Below are positions 30,680 to 40,883 of a DNA stretch of 64,000 nucleotides, in pieces; position 1 is the first letter of the stretch, and each line of letters opens with the position of its first letter. The position numbers were made by a program, and so were the translations under genes. The notes under the pieces are model-generated. The model was given only the letters and a program-made list of their open reading frames with translations, did no database searches and was not told the DNA's origin. The stretch comes from a bacterium. Lineage in GTDB: Bacteria; Zhuqueibacterota; Zhuqueibacteria; Residuimicrobiales; Krinioviventaceae. The DNA lies in assembly GCA_963674595.2 (NCBI GenBank), contig CAXXFV010000020.1, positions 1 through 64,000 of the forward strand, written 5' to 3'.

Positions 30680-30720
30680 AATAGATCCGATTATTTTGTT
30701 TTTTAATAATCGGATCTATT
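30680..30720 (+). terminator. Hairpin after tolC
   Basis: AATAGATCCGATTATT-N9-AATAATCGGATCTATT perfect 16-bp stem. Confidence 0.7.
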
Positions 30721-30756
30721 CTCCGAAATTAATTTAAATTCTAATATGGATAAATA

Positions 30757-31539
30757 ATGATAAAAAAACAGTTTTATACGGACCTTGGGGAAAAGGGTAT
30801 CAGTTTTTTTACAACAGTCTATGAAATTTTTGATCTTTTTTTTAAAACGTTAAAAGCATTTCCCAAACTGTGGTTTTATCGCCGACAACTTATCGAACAG
30901 GTTTATAGTTTTTCAATCAATACGTTACCTATTGCTTCGGTAATCTCTATTTTTGTTGGTTTGGCTTCAACAGTTCAGGGAACATACCAGTCGTCGGATT
31001 TGGTCCCGCGATATTTAACAGTGAATGTTATTTTTAAAACAACAGTTATAGAATTATCGCCAATTATTTTATCACTTGTATTGGCCGGTAAAATAGGCGC
31101 CTCTGTAGCGGCAGAAATCGGTAGTATGAAAATTACCGAACAAATTGATGCACTGGAAACCCTTTCGCTGGAACCGGTTGCCTTTCTTGTTTTACCAAGA
31201 TTAACTGCTGCTGTTATAATGATGCCTGTTATTACAATTTTTGCCAACTTTTTGTCTATTACAAGTTCAATGTTATCCCTGTCTGTTTTTACAGATTGGA
31301 TTACCGTATCAGAGTTTTTTAATGGTGTTAAAGTTGACTTTAAGGCTTTTGAAGTGGTTTACGGGAGCGTTATAAAACCGGCCGTATTTGGTGTATTGTT
31401 GGCTGTTTTGGGAAGTTATTTTGGACTTAAAACAACCGGAGGTGCCAGGGGTGTCGGTAAATCCGCAACCAATGCCGTTGTATTGTCCGCTGTTCTCATT
31501 GTTATTATGGATTATTACCTGGGAGAACTGCTGCTATGA
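30757..31539 (+). CDS. mlaE: MlaE-family ABC permease
   Basis: ELSPIILSLVLAGKIGASVAAEIGSMKITEQIDAL; GGARGVG. Confidence 0.92.
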   Translation: MIKKQFYTDLGEKGISFFTTVYEIFDLFFKTLKAFPKLWFYRRQLIEQVYSFSINTLPIASVISIFVGLASTVQGTYQSSDLVPRYLTVNVIFKTTVIELSPIILSLVLAGKIGASVAAEIGSMKITEQIDALETLSLEPVAFLVLPRLTAAVIMMPVITIFANFLSITSSMLSLSVFTDWITVSEFFNGVKVDFKAFEVVYGSVIKPAVFGVLLAVLGSYFGLKTTGGARGVGKSATNAVVLSAVLIVIMDYYLGELLL

Positions 31540-32252
31540 TATCGATAAAAAATTTAAAAAAGTCATTTGATGGCAATGTTATTTTTAATGAATTAAATTT
31601 AGATATTTATGATAATGAAACAATTGTCATCCTTGGTCCAAGTGGACAGGGTAAAACGGTTTTAATTAAAGCGATGAACAGACTTTTAGAGCCGGATAAA
31701 GGCTCTGTTATTTATGACAATGTCGATTTTTTAAAGCTAAATAAAAAAGATTTAACGGAATTTAGAAAACAGATTGCTTTTGTTTTTCAAAATAGTGCTC
31801 TTTTTGATTTTTTAAATGTACATGATAATTTGGGTCTGTACCTTGATATGCACCTTCGGTTAACAAGACATGAAAAAGAAGAGAGAATTCGTCAGGCATT
31901 GGCTTTTGTGGGGCTGGGAAAAGATACTTTTGCCAAATACCCGGAAGAGCTTTCAGGTGGTATGCGGAAAAGAGTTGCAATTGCCAGGGCTCTTATTAAG
32001 CGCCCAAAATATGTTTTTTATGATGAACCAACAACCGGATTAGATAAAACAAATGCCGAAAAAGTAAGTGAATTAATTAAAATGTTACAAAAGGAAATTT
32101 CGGCCACTTCTATAGTCGTTACGCACGATATCCAGCTTATGCATGATGTTTCTGACCGCGTAGCTCTGTTAAAGGACAAAAGCCTCTTTTTTGTTGGAAA
32201 AAAAGAAGAGATGTCCGAAAATACACTTGATTACCTATACGACGGAGATTAA
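31536..32252 (+). CDS. mlaF: MlaF-family ABC ATPase
   Basis: GPSGQGKT, FQNSALFD, LSGGMRKRVAIAR, YDEPTTGLD. Confidence 0.92.
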   Translation: MISIKNLKKSFDGNVIFNELNLDIYDNETIVILGPSGQGKTVLIKAMNRLLEPDKGSVIYDNVDFLKLNKKDLTEFRKQIAFVFQNSALFDFLNVHDNLGLYLDMHLRLTRHEKEERIRQALAFVGLGKDTFAKYPEELSGGMRKRVAIARALIKRPKYVFYDEPTTGLDKTNAEKVSELIKMLQKEISATSIVVTHDIQLMHDVSDRVALLKDKSLFFVGKKEEMSENTLDYLYDGD

Positions 32253-32253
32253 A

Positions 32254-33111
32254 ATGAATTATAAAAAAATGAGTTTTGTGTCAGGTATTGTAATTTTTTG
32301 GGGATTAGTTATTGTTCTGGTTTCCATTATAGGATTGGCTGAAAAACGTATCTTTTTTTCACACGATTATATAATTTACGTCAAATTTCAGGATATAATC
32401 GGACTTCGAGATAACTCTCATGTTTATATGCGGGGTTATAAAATTGGAACCGCTAAAGATGTCCAGTTTTTACCTGATGGTGTCAAACTTCGGGTTGACA
32501 TAAATAAAAAATACAGCATTCCTCTTGATTCCGAGTTTGAGCTGAACACGGTTTCCATGCTGGGTGAAAAAGCCATTTCTATTACACCTGGAACATCAAC
32601 AGAGTATTTTAAGCATGGAGACTTTGCCATTGGCCAAAATAAAGACTTGATGGTGGAAGCTAAAAAATTGATAGGAGATTTGCGGTCCAAAACAAAAGAT
32701 GGAGAATTGCGGGATAGAGTACAAAAACTATCCGCAACTATCGACAGACTTTATTCTGTTGTGGACAAACTTGATACAAAAATCGATCAGGTCAATATTC
32801 CCATGTATAATGAACAGATAAAATCAATTGGTGATGCCGGTAAAAGTATTAAGGACCTTGCTGACAAAAACAATGTTCAAATTGAAAGTACGTTAAAGCA
32901 GTTGAATGATGCTGCGGTAAAAATGACAACATTGTCTCAAACGCTTGATAAAATCGCGGTTAAAGTAAATGATGGCGATGGAAGCGTTGGAGCGCTGGTT
33001 AATAATAAAGAGTATATTGAAAACTTTAACAATACCTTGCTTGAAATAACCACACTCATAGCTGACCTGAAAAACAATCCCAAAAAATATATAGATGTTT
33101 CGGTTTTTTAA
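32254..33111 (+). CDS. mlaD: MlaD/MCE-family protein
   Basis: N-terminal TM; GLRDNSHVYMRGYKIG; MLGEKAISITPG; helical tail ending NPKKY. Confidence 0.88.
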   Translation: MNYKKMSFVSGIVIFWGLVIVLVSIIGLAEKRIFFSHDYIIYVKFQDIIGLRDNSHVYMRGYKIGTAKDVQFLPDGVKLRVDINKKYSIPLDSEFELNTVSMLGEKAISITPGTSTEYFKHGDFAIGQNKDLMVEAKKLIGDLRSKTKDGELRDRVQKLSATIDRLYSVVDKLDTKIDQVNIPMYNEQIKSIGDAGKSIKDLADKNNVQIESTLKQLNDAAVKMTTLSQTLDKIAVKVNDGDGSVGALVNNKEYIENFNNTLLEITTLIADLKNNPKKYIDVSVF

Positions 33112-33113
33112 TG

Positions 33114-33142
33114 AAAAGGGACCCATTGAGGTCCCTTTTTTT
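33114..33142 (+). terminator. Rho-independent terminator
   Basis: AAAAGGGACC-cattga-GGTCCCTTTTTTT. Confidence 0.9.
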
Positions 33143-33286
33143 ATATCTCGCCCATATATTCGCTTTCTCCTTGTATCTTTATAAAAAAATTTGTATTAAT
33201 AATACTCTCTAATTTTTTTAATATATACCGGGAAAAATGTTTTTATAAAAAATTCCGGTCACTACCTTTTTGCAAAGGATTTTTTT

Positions 33287-35179
33287 ATGGTAAAAAGCCT
33301 TGCTCCTATCGATTATTATGTTCTCGGATTTTATATTGTTTTGATGCTTGGAATAGGTGTCTATTTCAGCAAGTTTATGAAAGGTTCAAAAGAATACTTT
33401 ACCGGTGGTAATATGCTGCCCTGGTGGGTGGCCGGTATTTCTTTGTATATGAGTAACTTTTCTGCCTGGACTTTTACAGGTGCCGCTGGATTTGTCTATT
33501 ATTCCGGTTTGTTTGGTTTCATCTATTTTTTGACCTGGTCTGTTTCATTTATCCTTGGGCACCGAATTACAGCGGCAAGGTGGCGACGTTCAAGGGTTAT
33601 TTCACCCGTTGAATATTCATCGGTCCGATATAACGTAACGACACAACAACTGGTTGCTTATGTTTTGGTGCTTAGCGGTTTGTTCAGCAGAGGTGTAACC
33701 TTGACTGCTGTTTCAAAAATTATTTCTGCGACCATTGGTGTGAATATTGAAATTGTTATTCTTATTGCCGGTATTGTTATTCTAATCTATACGTTGCTGG
33801 GAGGTCTTTGGGCTGTTGCCATAACCGATGTTGTTCAATTTATAATTCTTTTGGCGATTACACTTATTGTTATGCCGGTTAGTATCATGTCTGCCGGTGG
33901 TTTATCGAATTTTATCAACCATGTTCCACAGTTTGAGCTTGAACATGTTTATAATGGAATGAAATATGATGTGAAATACCTGCTGGCCGTTACCCTTTTT
34001 AATTTGATTGTTGCAAATTGGGGTGCTGCGCAGCGCTATTATAGTGTTAAAGATGAAAAAGATGCAAAACGGGTGGGATTGTCTGCCGGATTGTTGTTTT
34101 TAACTGTACCCATTTTATTCGGTATTCCCCCTTTGGCAGCCCGAATTATCTGGCCCGATCTATCAGCCGTATCGTTTTTTCAAGGAGCATTCAAACCCGA
34201 AGATCTTGTATATGTCGGTATGGTATTAAAAGCTATTCCAAACGGACTAATAGGGTTCTTTCTGGCAGCGATGTTTGCCGCAACCATGAGCGCGATTGAT
34301 ACAACCTATAATATTGACTCTTCAGTTATTTCCAGAGATTTATACGGCGGCGTTATCAACCCAAAAGCAAGTGATGAAAAAATACTAAAGGTTGGAAAAT
34401 ATTCTACCATCATTTTGGGAATAGTCACTGTTGTAACAGCTTTGATTTATGCAAAAAGTGAGTTGGGGATTTTTAACCTCATGGCGATTTTTTCCGCATT
34501 GTTTTTAATGCCGATTGCCATTCCTATGACATTTGGATTGGTTTTTAAAAAACTGCCCAGATGGTCTGCTTTTGGGGCCATTTCCCTGGGATTGGTCGTC
34601 AGCGCGACTGCCAGGTTTGTACTTGAATATTCTGTCGGCGCCCATATATTTGCAACTATTTTTGTGACATTTTCCGTACTTGTTTTTTCGATATGGATTT
34701 CAGAAATTTATAAAAAAAGTCGGCTTTTTACAGCACTGTTAACTGTTATCAAGACGACTATAATTTTTACTGTTTTTTATCTTTCCATTCCACTTGATCA
34801 AAAAACGACAATAATTCTGGTTTGTATTGCTGTCGTTTATGCGGTTTTACAATATTTCTTTGCTTCTTTGTGTGCAAAAGATACAGTTAAAGACAGGGAG
34901 ATTGTTGAAAAGTTTTTCAAAAAACTGGACACCCCGGTTGATGTTGCAAAAGAAGTTTTTGTTGGAAAAAAAGGTATGTCCAGTTTCCCAATTGTTGGGA
35001 TTATTACTATGATTATAGGCGGATTTGTTTGCTTATTGATATTCACAATGTCTGTTTGGCGGGATATATGGCTGACATTGATTATGGGTGTTTTACTTGT
35101 TGTCGTTGGATTTTTAATGTATTATTTCGGCGGCAGACAAGAGAAAAAAATGATTGAATCATTAAGCCGTGAACAGTAA
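33287..35179 (+). CDS. Sodium:solute symporter (SSS family)
   Basis: YFTGGNMLPWW, FSAWTFTGAAG, GGLWAVAITDVVQF, AQRYYS, AAMFAATMS. Confidence 0.92.
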   Translation: MVKSLAPIDYYVLGFYIVLMLGIGVYFSKFMKGSKEYFTGGNMLPWWVAGISLYMSNFSAWTFTGAAGFVYYSGLFGFIYFLTWSVSFILGHRITAARWRRSRVISPVEYSSVRYNVTTQQLVAYVLVLSGLFSRGVTLTAVSKIISATIGVNIEIVILIAGIVILIYTLLGGLWAVAITDVVQFIILLAITLIVMPVSIMSAGGLSNFINHVPQFELEHVYNGMKYDVKYLLAVTLFNLIVANWGAAQRYYSVKDEKDAKRVGLSAGLLFLTVPILFGIPPLAARIIWPDLSAVSFFQGAFKPEDLVYVGMVLKAIPNGLIGFFLAAMFAATMSAIDTTYNIDSSVISRDLYGGVINPKASDEKILKVGKYSTIILGIVTVVTALIYAKSELGIFNLMAIFSALFLMPIAIPMTFGLVFKKLPRWSAFGAISLGLVVSATARFVLEYSVGAHIFATIFVTFSVLVFSIWISEIYKKSRLFTALLTVIKTTIIFTVFYLSIPLDQKTTIILVCIAVVYAVLQYFFASLCAKDTVKDREIVEKFFKKLDTPVDVAKEVFVGKKGMSSFPIVGIITMIIGGFVCLLIFTMSVWRDIWLTLIMGVLLVVVGFLMYYFGGRQEKKMIESLSREQ

Positions 35180-35195
35180 AAAGCGGGATGTTATA

Positions 35196-37598
35196 ATGAA
35201 AAAGATTTTACTTGTAATCTGTGTTGTTTTTTTAACCTTTCGGGTTTACGGCGCTGTAGAAAATGATTGGTTGAATGATTTTATAAACAAACTTGATCCC
35301 GAAAGCGAACCGGTATTAAACCTGAAACAATTACCTAAAGATGCCGCCAGAGAACAAAAAATATCGGTTCTGGCAAAATATTTTCGGACCAAAGAATATA
35401 TTCACCCGCATTGGGTCATTTTTAAGCCTGATGTAAAAGATCCGGATAAAGTTGACCCCCGGGCCTGGGAAACACTTGAGAATAATGTATATTATTCCGC
35501 CTATGAAAAAGGCGTGTTTGAAGGAGACATCCCATGGTTTGACCCGGATAAAACCGTCAAATCTGTTGGACGGTTTCCACATTTTGATTATCTGGTCCCG
35601 GCTTATTATCATACAGGTGATGAGCGATTGGCACAGTTGATTGTTAAAAATATGAGTGACTTTATCAAACATGTGCCGATTTCCAAAGCAACCGGTATAA
35701 ACGTGCAGGACTATTTTGCCGGTAATCCCTGGAACTGGGTGTTGCAACATTGGCGCATGATGCGATTTATTGACACGCTGGATTTTCTTAAAAATTCACC
35801 TTCCATGCCGGACAGCCTTTTTCTGCAAACAATTTTAGATGTTCACGATGAAATGGAATGGTTGATCCCGCGAATGTTTTTAGGTTTGCATAACGGTACC
35901 CTCGGAAATATCAGAGGGATGATTTATGTTGGCCTTAATTTTCCTGAATTAAAACAAGGTAAAAAATGGCTCAATGATGGGACCGGTTTTTTTCAGTTCT
36001 TTTTAAATACCTATTTTTATCCCGGAGAGATTTGTGTTGAACTGACCGTTGGTTATTCAACGTCTACAGTACAGCATTGTTTAAATATCTATGGCGCTTT
36101 GCCGGAAGGCCGTCAAAAAGATGACCTGAAAGAGATTTTGGGGAAAATTGTCGAAACACATATCGGCCTAATGAAGCCGGACAAAAGTCTGCCCCGATAT
36201 GGTGACCACGGCGCTTTTGATGTTCGGGACAGCATCCTTAAAAAAGCAGCCGATATTTTAAATCGACCTGATTTGTTGGAACTGGCAAAGAACAAGCCTG
36301 AAAATATCCCGGAAATGTTTTTATCTTTTCCACAACATTCCGCCCCGCGTTATATAAGCGGCTATTATGCCATGCGTAACGGATGGGGGGTATCCGATCA
36401 GTATCTGGCAATGGATGCCGGACCCTATGGCACCAATCATCATCACGCTGATAAACTCAGTATTTGTGTTTCTGCAGACGGGGCCAATTTTATTGTCGAT
36501 CCCGGAACGCCCATTTATCATTCAACAAAAGATACGGTCCGCTATGATTCCCGTTTTGGTTTTTTGCATAATAATTTTGTTATCGACGGTATCGATCAAA
36601 ACGCCGGTTGGGACCGGCATTATGAGTTTGATTACATGGAAAATCGCTGGGTAACGAATAAAGAATATGATTTTTTAGAAGGACTTTATGAGTTTCGGTC
36701 CTCATTGCTGCCGGTAACAGCCAGACGAACCGTATTTTACAAACGTGGTGAATACTGGCTGCTATTGGATGATTTAAAAGGCAACGGACAGCACAATATC
36801 GAAAGTAATTTTCAGTTTAATTTTGATAATCATGTTGATTTGAATGATAATGTTTCTGCAACAGCAGATAACGGTGCTGTACTTAATGTTTGTTCTGTCG
36901 ACGATGGCCTGGAACCGACCGTTGTAAAAGCAGACACTGTTTTCCCCGGAACCAGTTATAATATTTATTACCCCAATAATTTAGACTGGACCTTTGCAGG
37001 TCGCGGCTGGGTTGGTACGTTTGGTAACAATACCCCGGTTGATCCTTCTGCTTCTCATCCGGCGCCTTCTGTTGTTTACAAAGGAACTGTCAAATTTCCG
37101 TGGCATACGGTACGTGTTTTGTATCCATCTCAGAAGAAAAAACCACACAAAGCTGATGTTAAATGGATAGAGAATACAGATGATCATCTTACTGTTTCCA
37201 TTAAACATTTGCACCAGCAGAAAAATGTTACGGACATTTTGGACTGGAGTTTTATCAACCAAGTCGAGCGTTATCAACGCTGGCCGGATGAAAGTGGATT
37301 CTGGCTTCGATTTGTCGATAATGATCTGAATGAAATTATTTTGTTAAATACCCAAAAAATCAACGGCGAGTTTAATAATAAAAATATTTCTATCGGGTTT
37401 TCTGATCCTGTTGAAGGTTTTATCAAAAAGGATAAAAGGGATTGGAAGCTTTATATCGATTCAATCATAAAAAAACCGGTTTCCATTCAGAATGTTTCAT
37501 TATGTGGAAAAGGTGATTTTATTCTTTTTAATGAAAAGGGTGAAAAATGTGATAATCAGGTTTTATCCGGTAAAACATATACGATCCGGTTGAAATAA
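35196..37598 (+). CDS. Heparinase II/III-like polysaccharide lyase (Sec signal)
   Basis: AYYHTGDER, LPRYGD, GYYAMRNGW, MDAGPYGTNHHHADKLS, IVDPG, LHNNF. Confidence 0.85.
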   Translation: MKKILLVICVVFLTFRVYGAVENDWLNDFINKLDPESEPVLNLKQLPKDAAREQKISVLAKYFRTKEYIHPHWVIFKPDVKDPDKVDPRAWETLENNVYYSAYEKGVFEGDIPWFDPDKTVKSVGRFPHFDYLVPAYYHTGDERLAQLIVKNMSDFIKHVPISKATGINVQDYFAGNPWNWVLQHWRMMRFIDTLDFLKNSPSMPDSLFLQTILDVHDEMEWLIPRMFLGLHNGTLGNIRGMIYVGLNFPELKQGKKWLNDGTGFFQFFLNTYFYPGEICVELTVGYSTSTVQHCLNIYGALPEGRQKDDLKEILGKIVETHIGLMKPDKSLPRYGDHGAFDVRDSILKKAADILNRPDLLELAKNKPENIPEMFLSFPQHSAPRYISGYYAMRNGWGVSDQYLAMDAGPYGTNHHHADKLSICVSADGANFIVDPGTPIYHSTKDTVRYDSRFGFLHNNFVIDGIDQNAGWDRHYEFDYMENRWVTNKEYDFLEGLYEFRSSLLPVTARRTVFYKRGEYWLLLDDLKGNGQHNIESNFQFNFDNHVDLNDNVSATADNGAVLNVCSVDDGLEPTVVKADTVFPGTSYNIYYPNNLDWTFAGRGWVGTFGNNTPVDPSASHPAPSVVYKGTVKFPWHTVRVLYPSQKKKPHKADVKWIENTDDHLTVSIKHLHQQKNVTDILDWSFINQVERYQRWPDESGFWLRFVDNDLNEIILLNTQKINGEFNNKNISIGFSDPVEGFIKKDKRDWKLYIDSIIKKPVSIQNVSLCGKGDFILFNEKGEKCDNQVLSGKTYTIRLK

Positions 37599-37643
37599 CA
37601 TATTATATTTATTCGTGTTAAAATGCCATAATTGAGGAATTTT

Positions 37644-38471
37644 ATGAAAAAGTTGACAAAAAGTTTGCTGGTGTTGTTTGTTTTTATTGCTTGCGGAAAG
37701 CCGACACCAGAGATAAAAATGCCGGAAAAAGGGATTTGTGCCCATCGCGGTGCTATGGGAACACACCCGGAAAATACAGTTGCGGCATTTAAAGAGGCGG
37801 TTCGTCTGGGCGCCCAGATGATTGAACTGGATGTCCGGTTTACCAGGGACAAAAAGCTTGTTATTTTGCATGATGCAACTGTTGACCGGACAACCGAAGG
37901 AACAGGCGCTGTTTCCGAACTTGATTTTGATTATGTCCGTTCGTTGGATGCCGGCTCTTTTAAGGACTTGAAATTTGCCGGTGAAAAAATTCCAACACTT
38001 GATGAAGCTCTGCAAGTGATGCCCCAAAATATCTGGCTGAATTTACACCTCAAAGGTGATTCATCTCTTGGGAGTGAGGTCGCTAAAGCTGTTGTTCGCC
38101 ACAACCGTTTACATCAGGCATTTTTAGCATGTAAAACCGAGTTGGCAAAAGCTGCCAAATCTGTTTCACCTGAAATTAAAATTTGCAATATGGAACGTCA
38201 GGGAGATACGGAACAATACGTTAATGATACAATTGAGATGCAAGCGGAATTTATTCAGTTGCTTCGAGTTGAACCGGGACCTTTATTAGAGAATTTTGCC
38301 CAAATTTTACATGAAAAAAATATTATTGCCAATTATTGCTGTACCGATGATCCTGAAGCTGTTAAAACCTTGTTTGATAATGGTGTTGATTTTATCCTGG
38401 TCAACGAATTACATGAAATAATGCCCATTGCCGAAAGTATCGGCATCATACCGGTTGTCCCCGTTTATTAA
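37644..38471 (+). CDS. Glycerophosphodiester phosphodiesterase lipoprotein
   Basis: Lipobox FIAC; AHRGA..PENTVAAF, IELDV..TRD..LVILHDATVDRTT, KIPTLDE. Confidence 0.92.
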   Translation: MKKLTKSLLVLFVFIACGKPTPEIKMPEKGICAHRGAMGTHPENTVAAFKEAVRLGAQMIELDVRFTRDKKLVILHDATVDRTTEGTGAVSELDFDYVRSLDAGSFKDLKFAGEKIPTLDEALQVMPQNIWLNLHLKGDSSLGSEVAKAVVRHNRLHQAFLACKTELAKAAKSVSPEIKICNMERQGDTEQYVNDTIEMQAEFIQLLRVEPGPLLENFAQILHEKNIIANYCCTDDPEAVKTLFDNGVDFILVNELHEIMPIAESIGIIPVVPVY

Positions 38472-38485
38472 AAAGGAAATTGTAT

Positions 38486-39826
38486 ATGAAGTTTCGATTA
38501 ATTTTTGTTTTTCTGTTATCTTGTTTTTTTGTCTTTTCAGCCTGTAAAAGTAATAAAACAGGTATTGAGCCGCTTGCCCAGGACGGCGTTGTTGTTTATG
38601 ATGCGAATGATTTAAATCAAGTCAATGTCGGAACCCCGGCTATTGTTTGTTTGGAGTCAGGCCGTATGGTTTTAACAATAGATCAGGGCGGAGCAGGTGT
38701 AGCGGAATTACCAGGAGAAAAGAATTTTTATAACGCTTCAAAATCCTATGTTCAGGGGAAAATATTAACATCGGATGATCATGGTAAAACCTGGACTGTA
38801 AGAGGGACTTTTCCATATGGTCATGCACGTTCTTTTGTTTCCGGTTCATCTATTTATATTCTGGGACAATGTCAGGATTTGATGATTATGCGATCGGATG
38901 ATAATGGGGAGTCCTGGAGTAAACCTGTGCAAATGACCCAAAATGAGACCTGGCATGCCAGTGCCTGTAATGTATGGTATGCGAATGATTGTATTTATCT
39001 GGTTATGGAAAAACGATTTGAACGCGGTTTAAAAGAGTGCTGGCGGGTTGGTGATATTGCACCGATTTTGATGCGCGCTAAAGTCGGTGATGATTTGTTA
39101 AAAGTTGAAAACTGGACATTTGCCTCGCCGCTTGTTTTTCAAGATGTTGTCAAACCGGAAGATTTGGAATATTTTGGCGTACCGTTTTTTACTTCTCCGG
39201 CTGACGGACCGTTTTATCCGGCGCCAAATCGGGGCATGTCTCCGATTGGCTGGCTGGAAACAAATGTTGTCCAGTTTACAGACCCGGCCCACCTTTGGAC
39301 GGACCCCAGTGGTCATACCTTTCATTTGTTCATGAGGGCGCATACCGGTGGAACCGGTTATGCGGCTTTGGCTAAGGTTGTGGAACAGGAAAACGGTGAA
39401 ATGATCACCCAAATTGAAACGGTTCCTTCGGGTAAAAAGTTAGTGTTTGTGCCGTTTCCAGGCGGACAAATGAAGTTTTATGTGCTTTATGATGAAATAA
39501 CAAAACTCTATTGGATGGTCGGCACTCAGGCAACCGACAGCATGATACGTATCGACAAAATGCCGGAGGATAGATACAATCTTCCAAATAACGAACGACG
39601 CAGAATGGTTTTACATTTTTCAAAAAATATGATAGACTGGTGTTTTGCCGGTGTTGTCGCTATCGGTCCTGTTGAACATGCATCGCGGCATTATCCTTCA
39701 ATGGCTGTTGATGGTGAAAATCTGGTTATTGTCAGCCGATCCGGGGACGAAAATGCCGGCAGCGCTCACGATTGTAATTTAATTACTTGCCATACAGTTA
39801 AAAATTTCAGAGAGCTTGTATATTAA
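38486..39826 (+). CDS. Sialidase-like BNR-repeat lipoprotein
   Basis: Lipobox FSAC; Asp-boxes TSDDHGKTW and RSDDNGESW; HYPS near the C-terminus. Confidence 0.7.
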   Translation: MKFRLIFVFLLSCFFVFSACKSNKTGIEPLAQDGVVVYDANDLNQVNVGTPAIVCLESGRMVLTIDQGGAGVAELPGEKNFYNASKSYVQGKILTSDDHGKTWTVRGTFPYGHARSFVSGSSIYILGQCQDLMIMRSDDNGESWSKPVQMTQNETWHASACNVWYANDCIYLVMEKRFERGLKECWRVGDIAPILMRAKVGDDLLKVENWTFASPLVFQDVVKPEDLEYFGVPFFTSPADGPFYPAPNRGMSPIGWLETNVVQFTDPAHLWTDPSGHTFHLFMRAHTGGTGYAALAKVVEQENGEMITQIETVPSGKKLVFVPFPGGQMKFYVLYDEITKLYWMVGTQATDSMIRIDKMPEDRYNLPNNERRRMVLHFSKNMIDWCFAGVVAIGPVEHASRHYPSMAVDGENLVIVSRSGDENAGSAHDCNLITCHTVKNFRELVY

Positions 39827-39827
39827 G

Positions 39828-39860
39828 AAAAAAAGCCGCGTTTTAAACGCGGCTTTTTTT
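39828..39860. terminator. Bidirectional rho-independent terminator
   Basis: AAAAAAAGCCGCG-ttttaaa-CGCGGCTTTTTTT between convergent genes. Confidence 0.92.
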
Positions 39861-39863
39861 GTA

Positions 39864-40853
39864 TTATTGAATTCGTGATTCTTTTTCCCACATGTCGGGA
39901 TTTTTTCCAATTTTTTGTTTGATAATATTGGAAACCGCATTTAATGCGTCAACAATATCATCCGATAGTTCCAGTTCCATGGCCTTAACATTTGCCTGAA
40001 TTTGTTCCGGTGTTCGGGCGCCTGCCAATACACTTGTCACCATCGGTTGTTTAAAAAGCCAGCTTATCGCAATTTGTCCCATGGGTTTTTGTAGTTCCTT
40101 GGCGATTTCTGTCACCTTGTCAATAGCCTGGAACAGCTCTTCTTCACAGCCGTCCTCACCGTGCCTTACCATTTCTCTTTTACTTGAAAAATAGCGGGTA
40201 CGTGCCCGGCCATCCGGAACGCTTTCAGCGTTTTTAAATTTTCCGGTCAACAGTCCCTGGGCAAGTGGACTGTAACATAGTATGCCGACATTTTTCTCCT
40301 GACATTTGGGCACGATTTCATATTCAATTGCCCGCCAGAGCAGATTGTAGGGCAATTGGTCTGTTTCAATCGGTCCGCATGACAAAATGTTTTCCAGATC
40401 ATTAGCGCCAAAATTGGACATGCCGATAGCGCGTATTTTACCCTCTTTTTTTAATTGTGTTAAAGCCTTATAGGATTCTTCAAAAGGCACTTCACGGCTC
40501 GGCCAGTGAATTTGGTATAAATCAATATAATCGGTTTTTAATCGTTTCAGGCTGTTTTCACATGCTTGTATTAAATCGTTGTAACCCACATTTACAGTAC
40601 GGACTTTGGAAGCAATAACAATATTGTCTCTTTTGTTTTCAAGCGCTTTTCCTAAAATTTCTTCTGAATAGCCCATTCCATACACTTCAGCCGTGTCGAA
40701 AAAGTTAATTCCGGCATCCATAGCTGCGTGAATAGTGCGAATGGCATCTTTTTCGTCTTGCGGTCCCCAGGTTTCATCACCTACGATTGCCCAGCATCCC
40801 ATTGCCAGAGGTGTTACGTCTATATCAGTGCTTCCCAGTTTATTATATTTCAT
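39864..40853 (-). CDS. Aldo/keto reductase
   Basis: GINFFDTAEVYG, SLKRLKTDYIDLYQIHWP, GKIRAIGMSN, YSPLAQGLLTGK. Confidence 0.95.
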   Translation of the reverse strand: MKYNKLGSTDIDVTPLAMGCWAIVGDETWGPQDEKDAIRTIHAAMDAGINFFDTAEVYGMGYSEEILGKALENKRDNIVIASKVRTVNVGYNDLIQACENSLKRLKTDYIDLYQIHWPSREVPFEESYKALTQLKKEGKIRAIGMSNFGANDLENILSCGPIETDQLPYNLLWRAIEYEIVPKCQEKNVGILCYSPLAQGLLTGKFKNAESVPDGRARTRYFSSKREMVRHGEDGCEEELFQAIDKVTEIAKELQKPMGQIAISWLFKQPMVTSVLAGARTPEQIQANVKAMELELSDDIVDALNAVSNIIKQKIGKNPDMWEKESRIQ

Positions 40854-40883
40854 GAATAAAATTCTCCTTTTTAGAAATCTGTT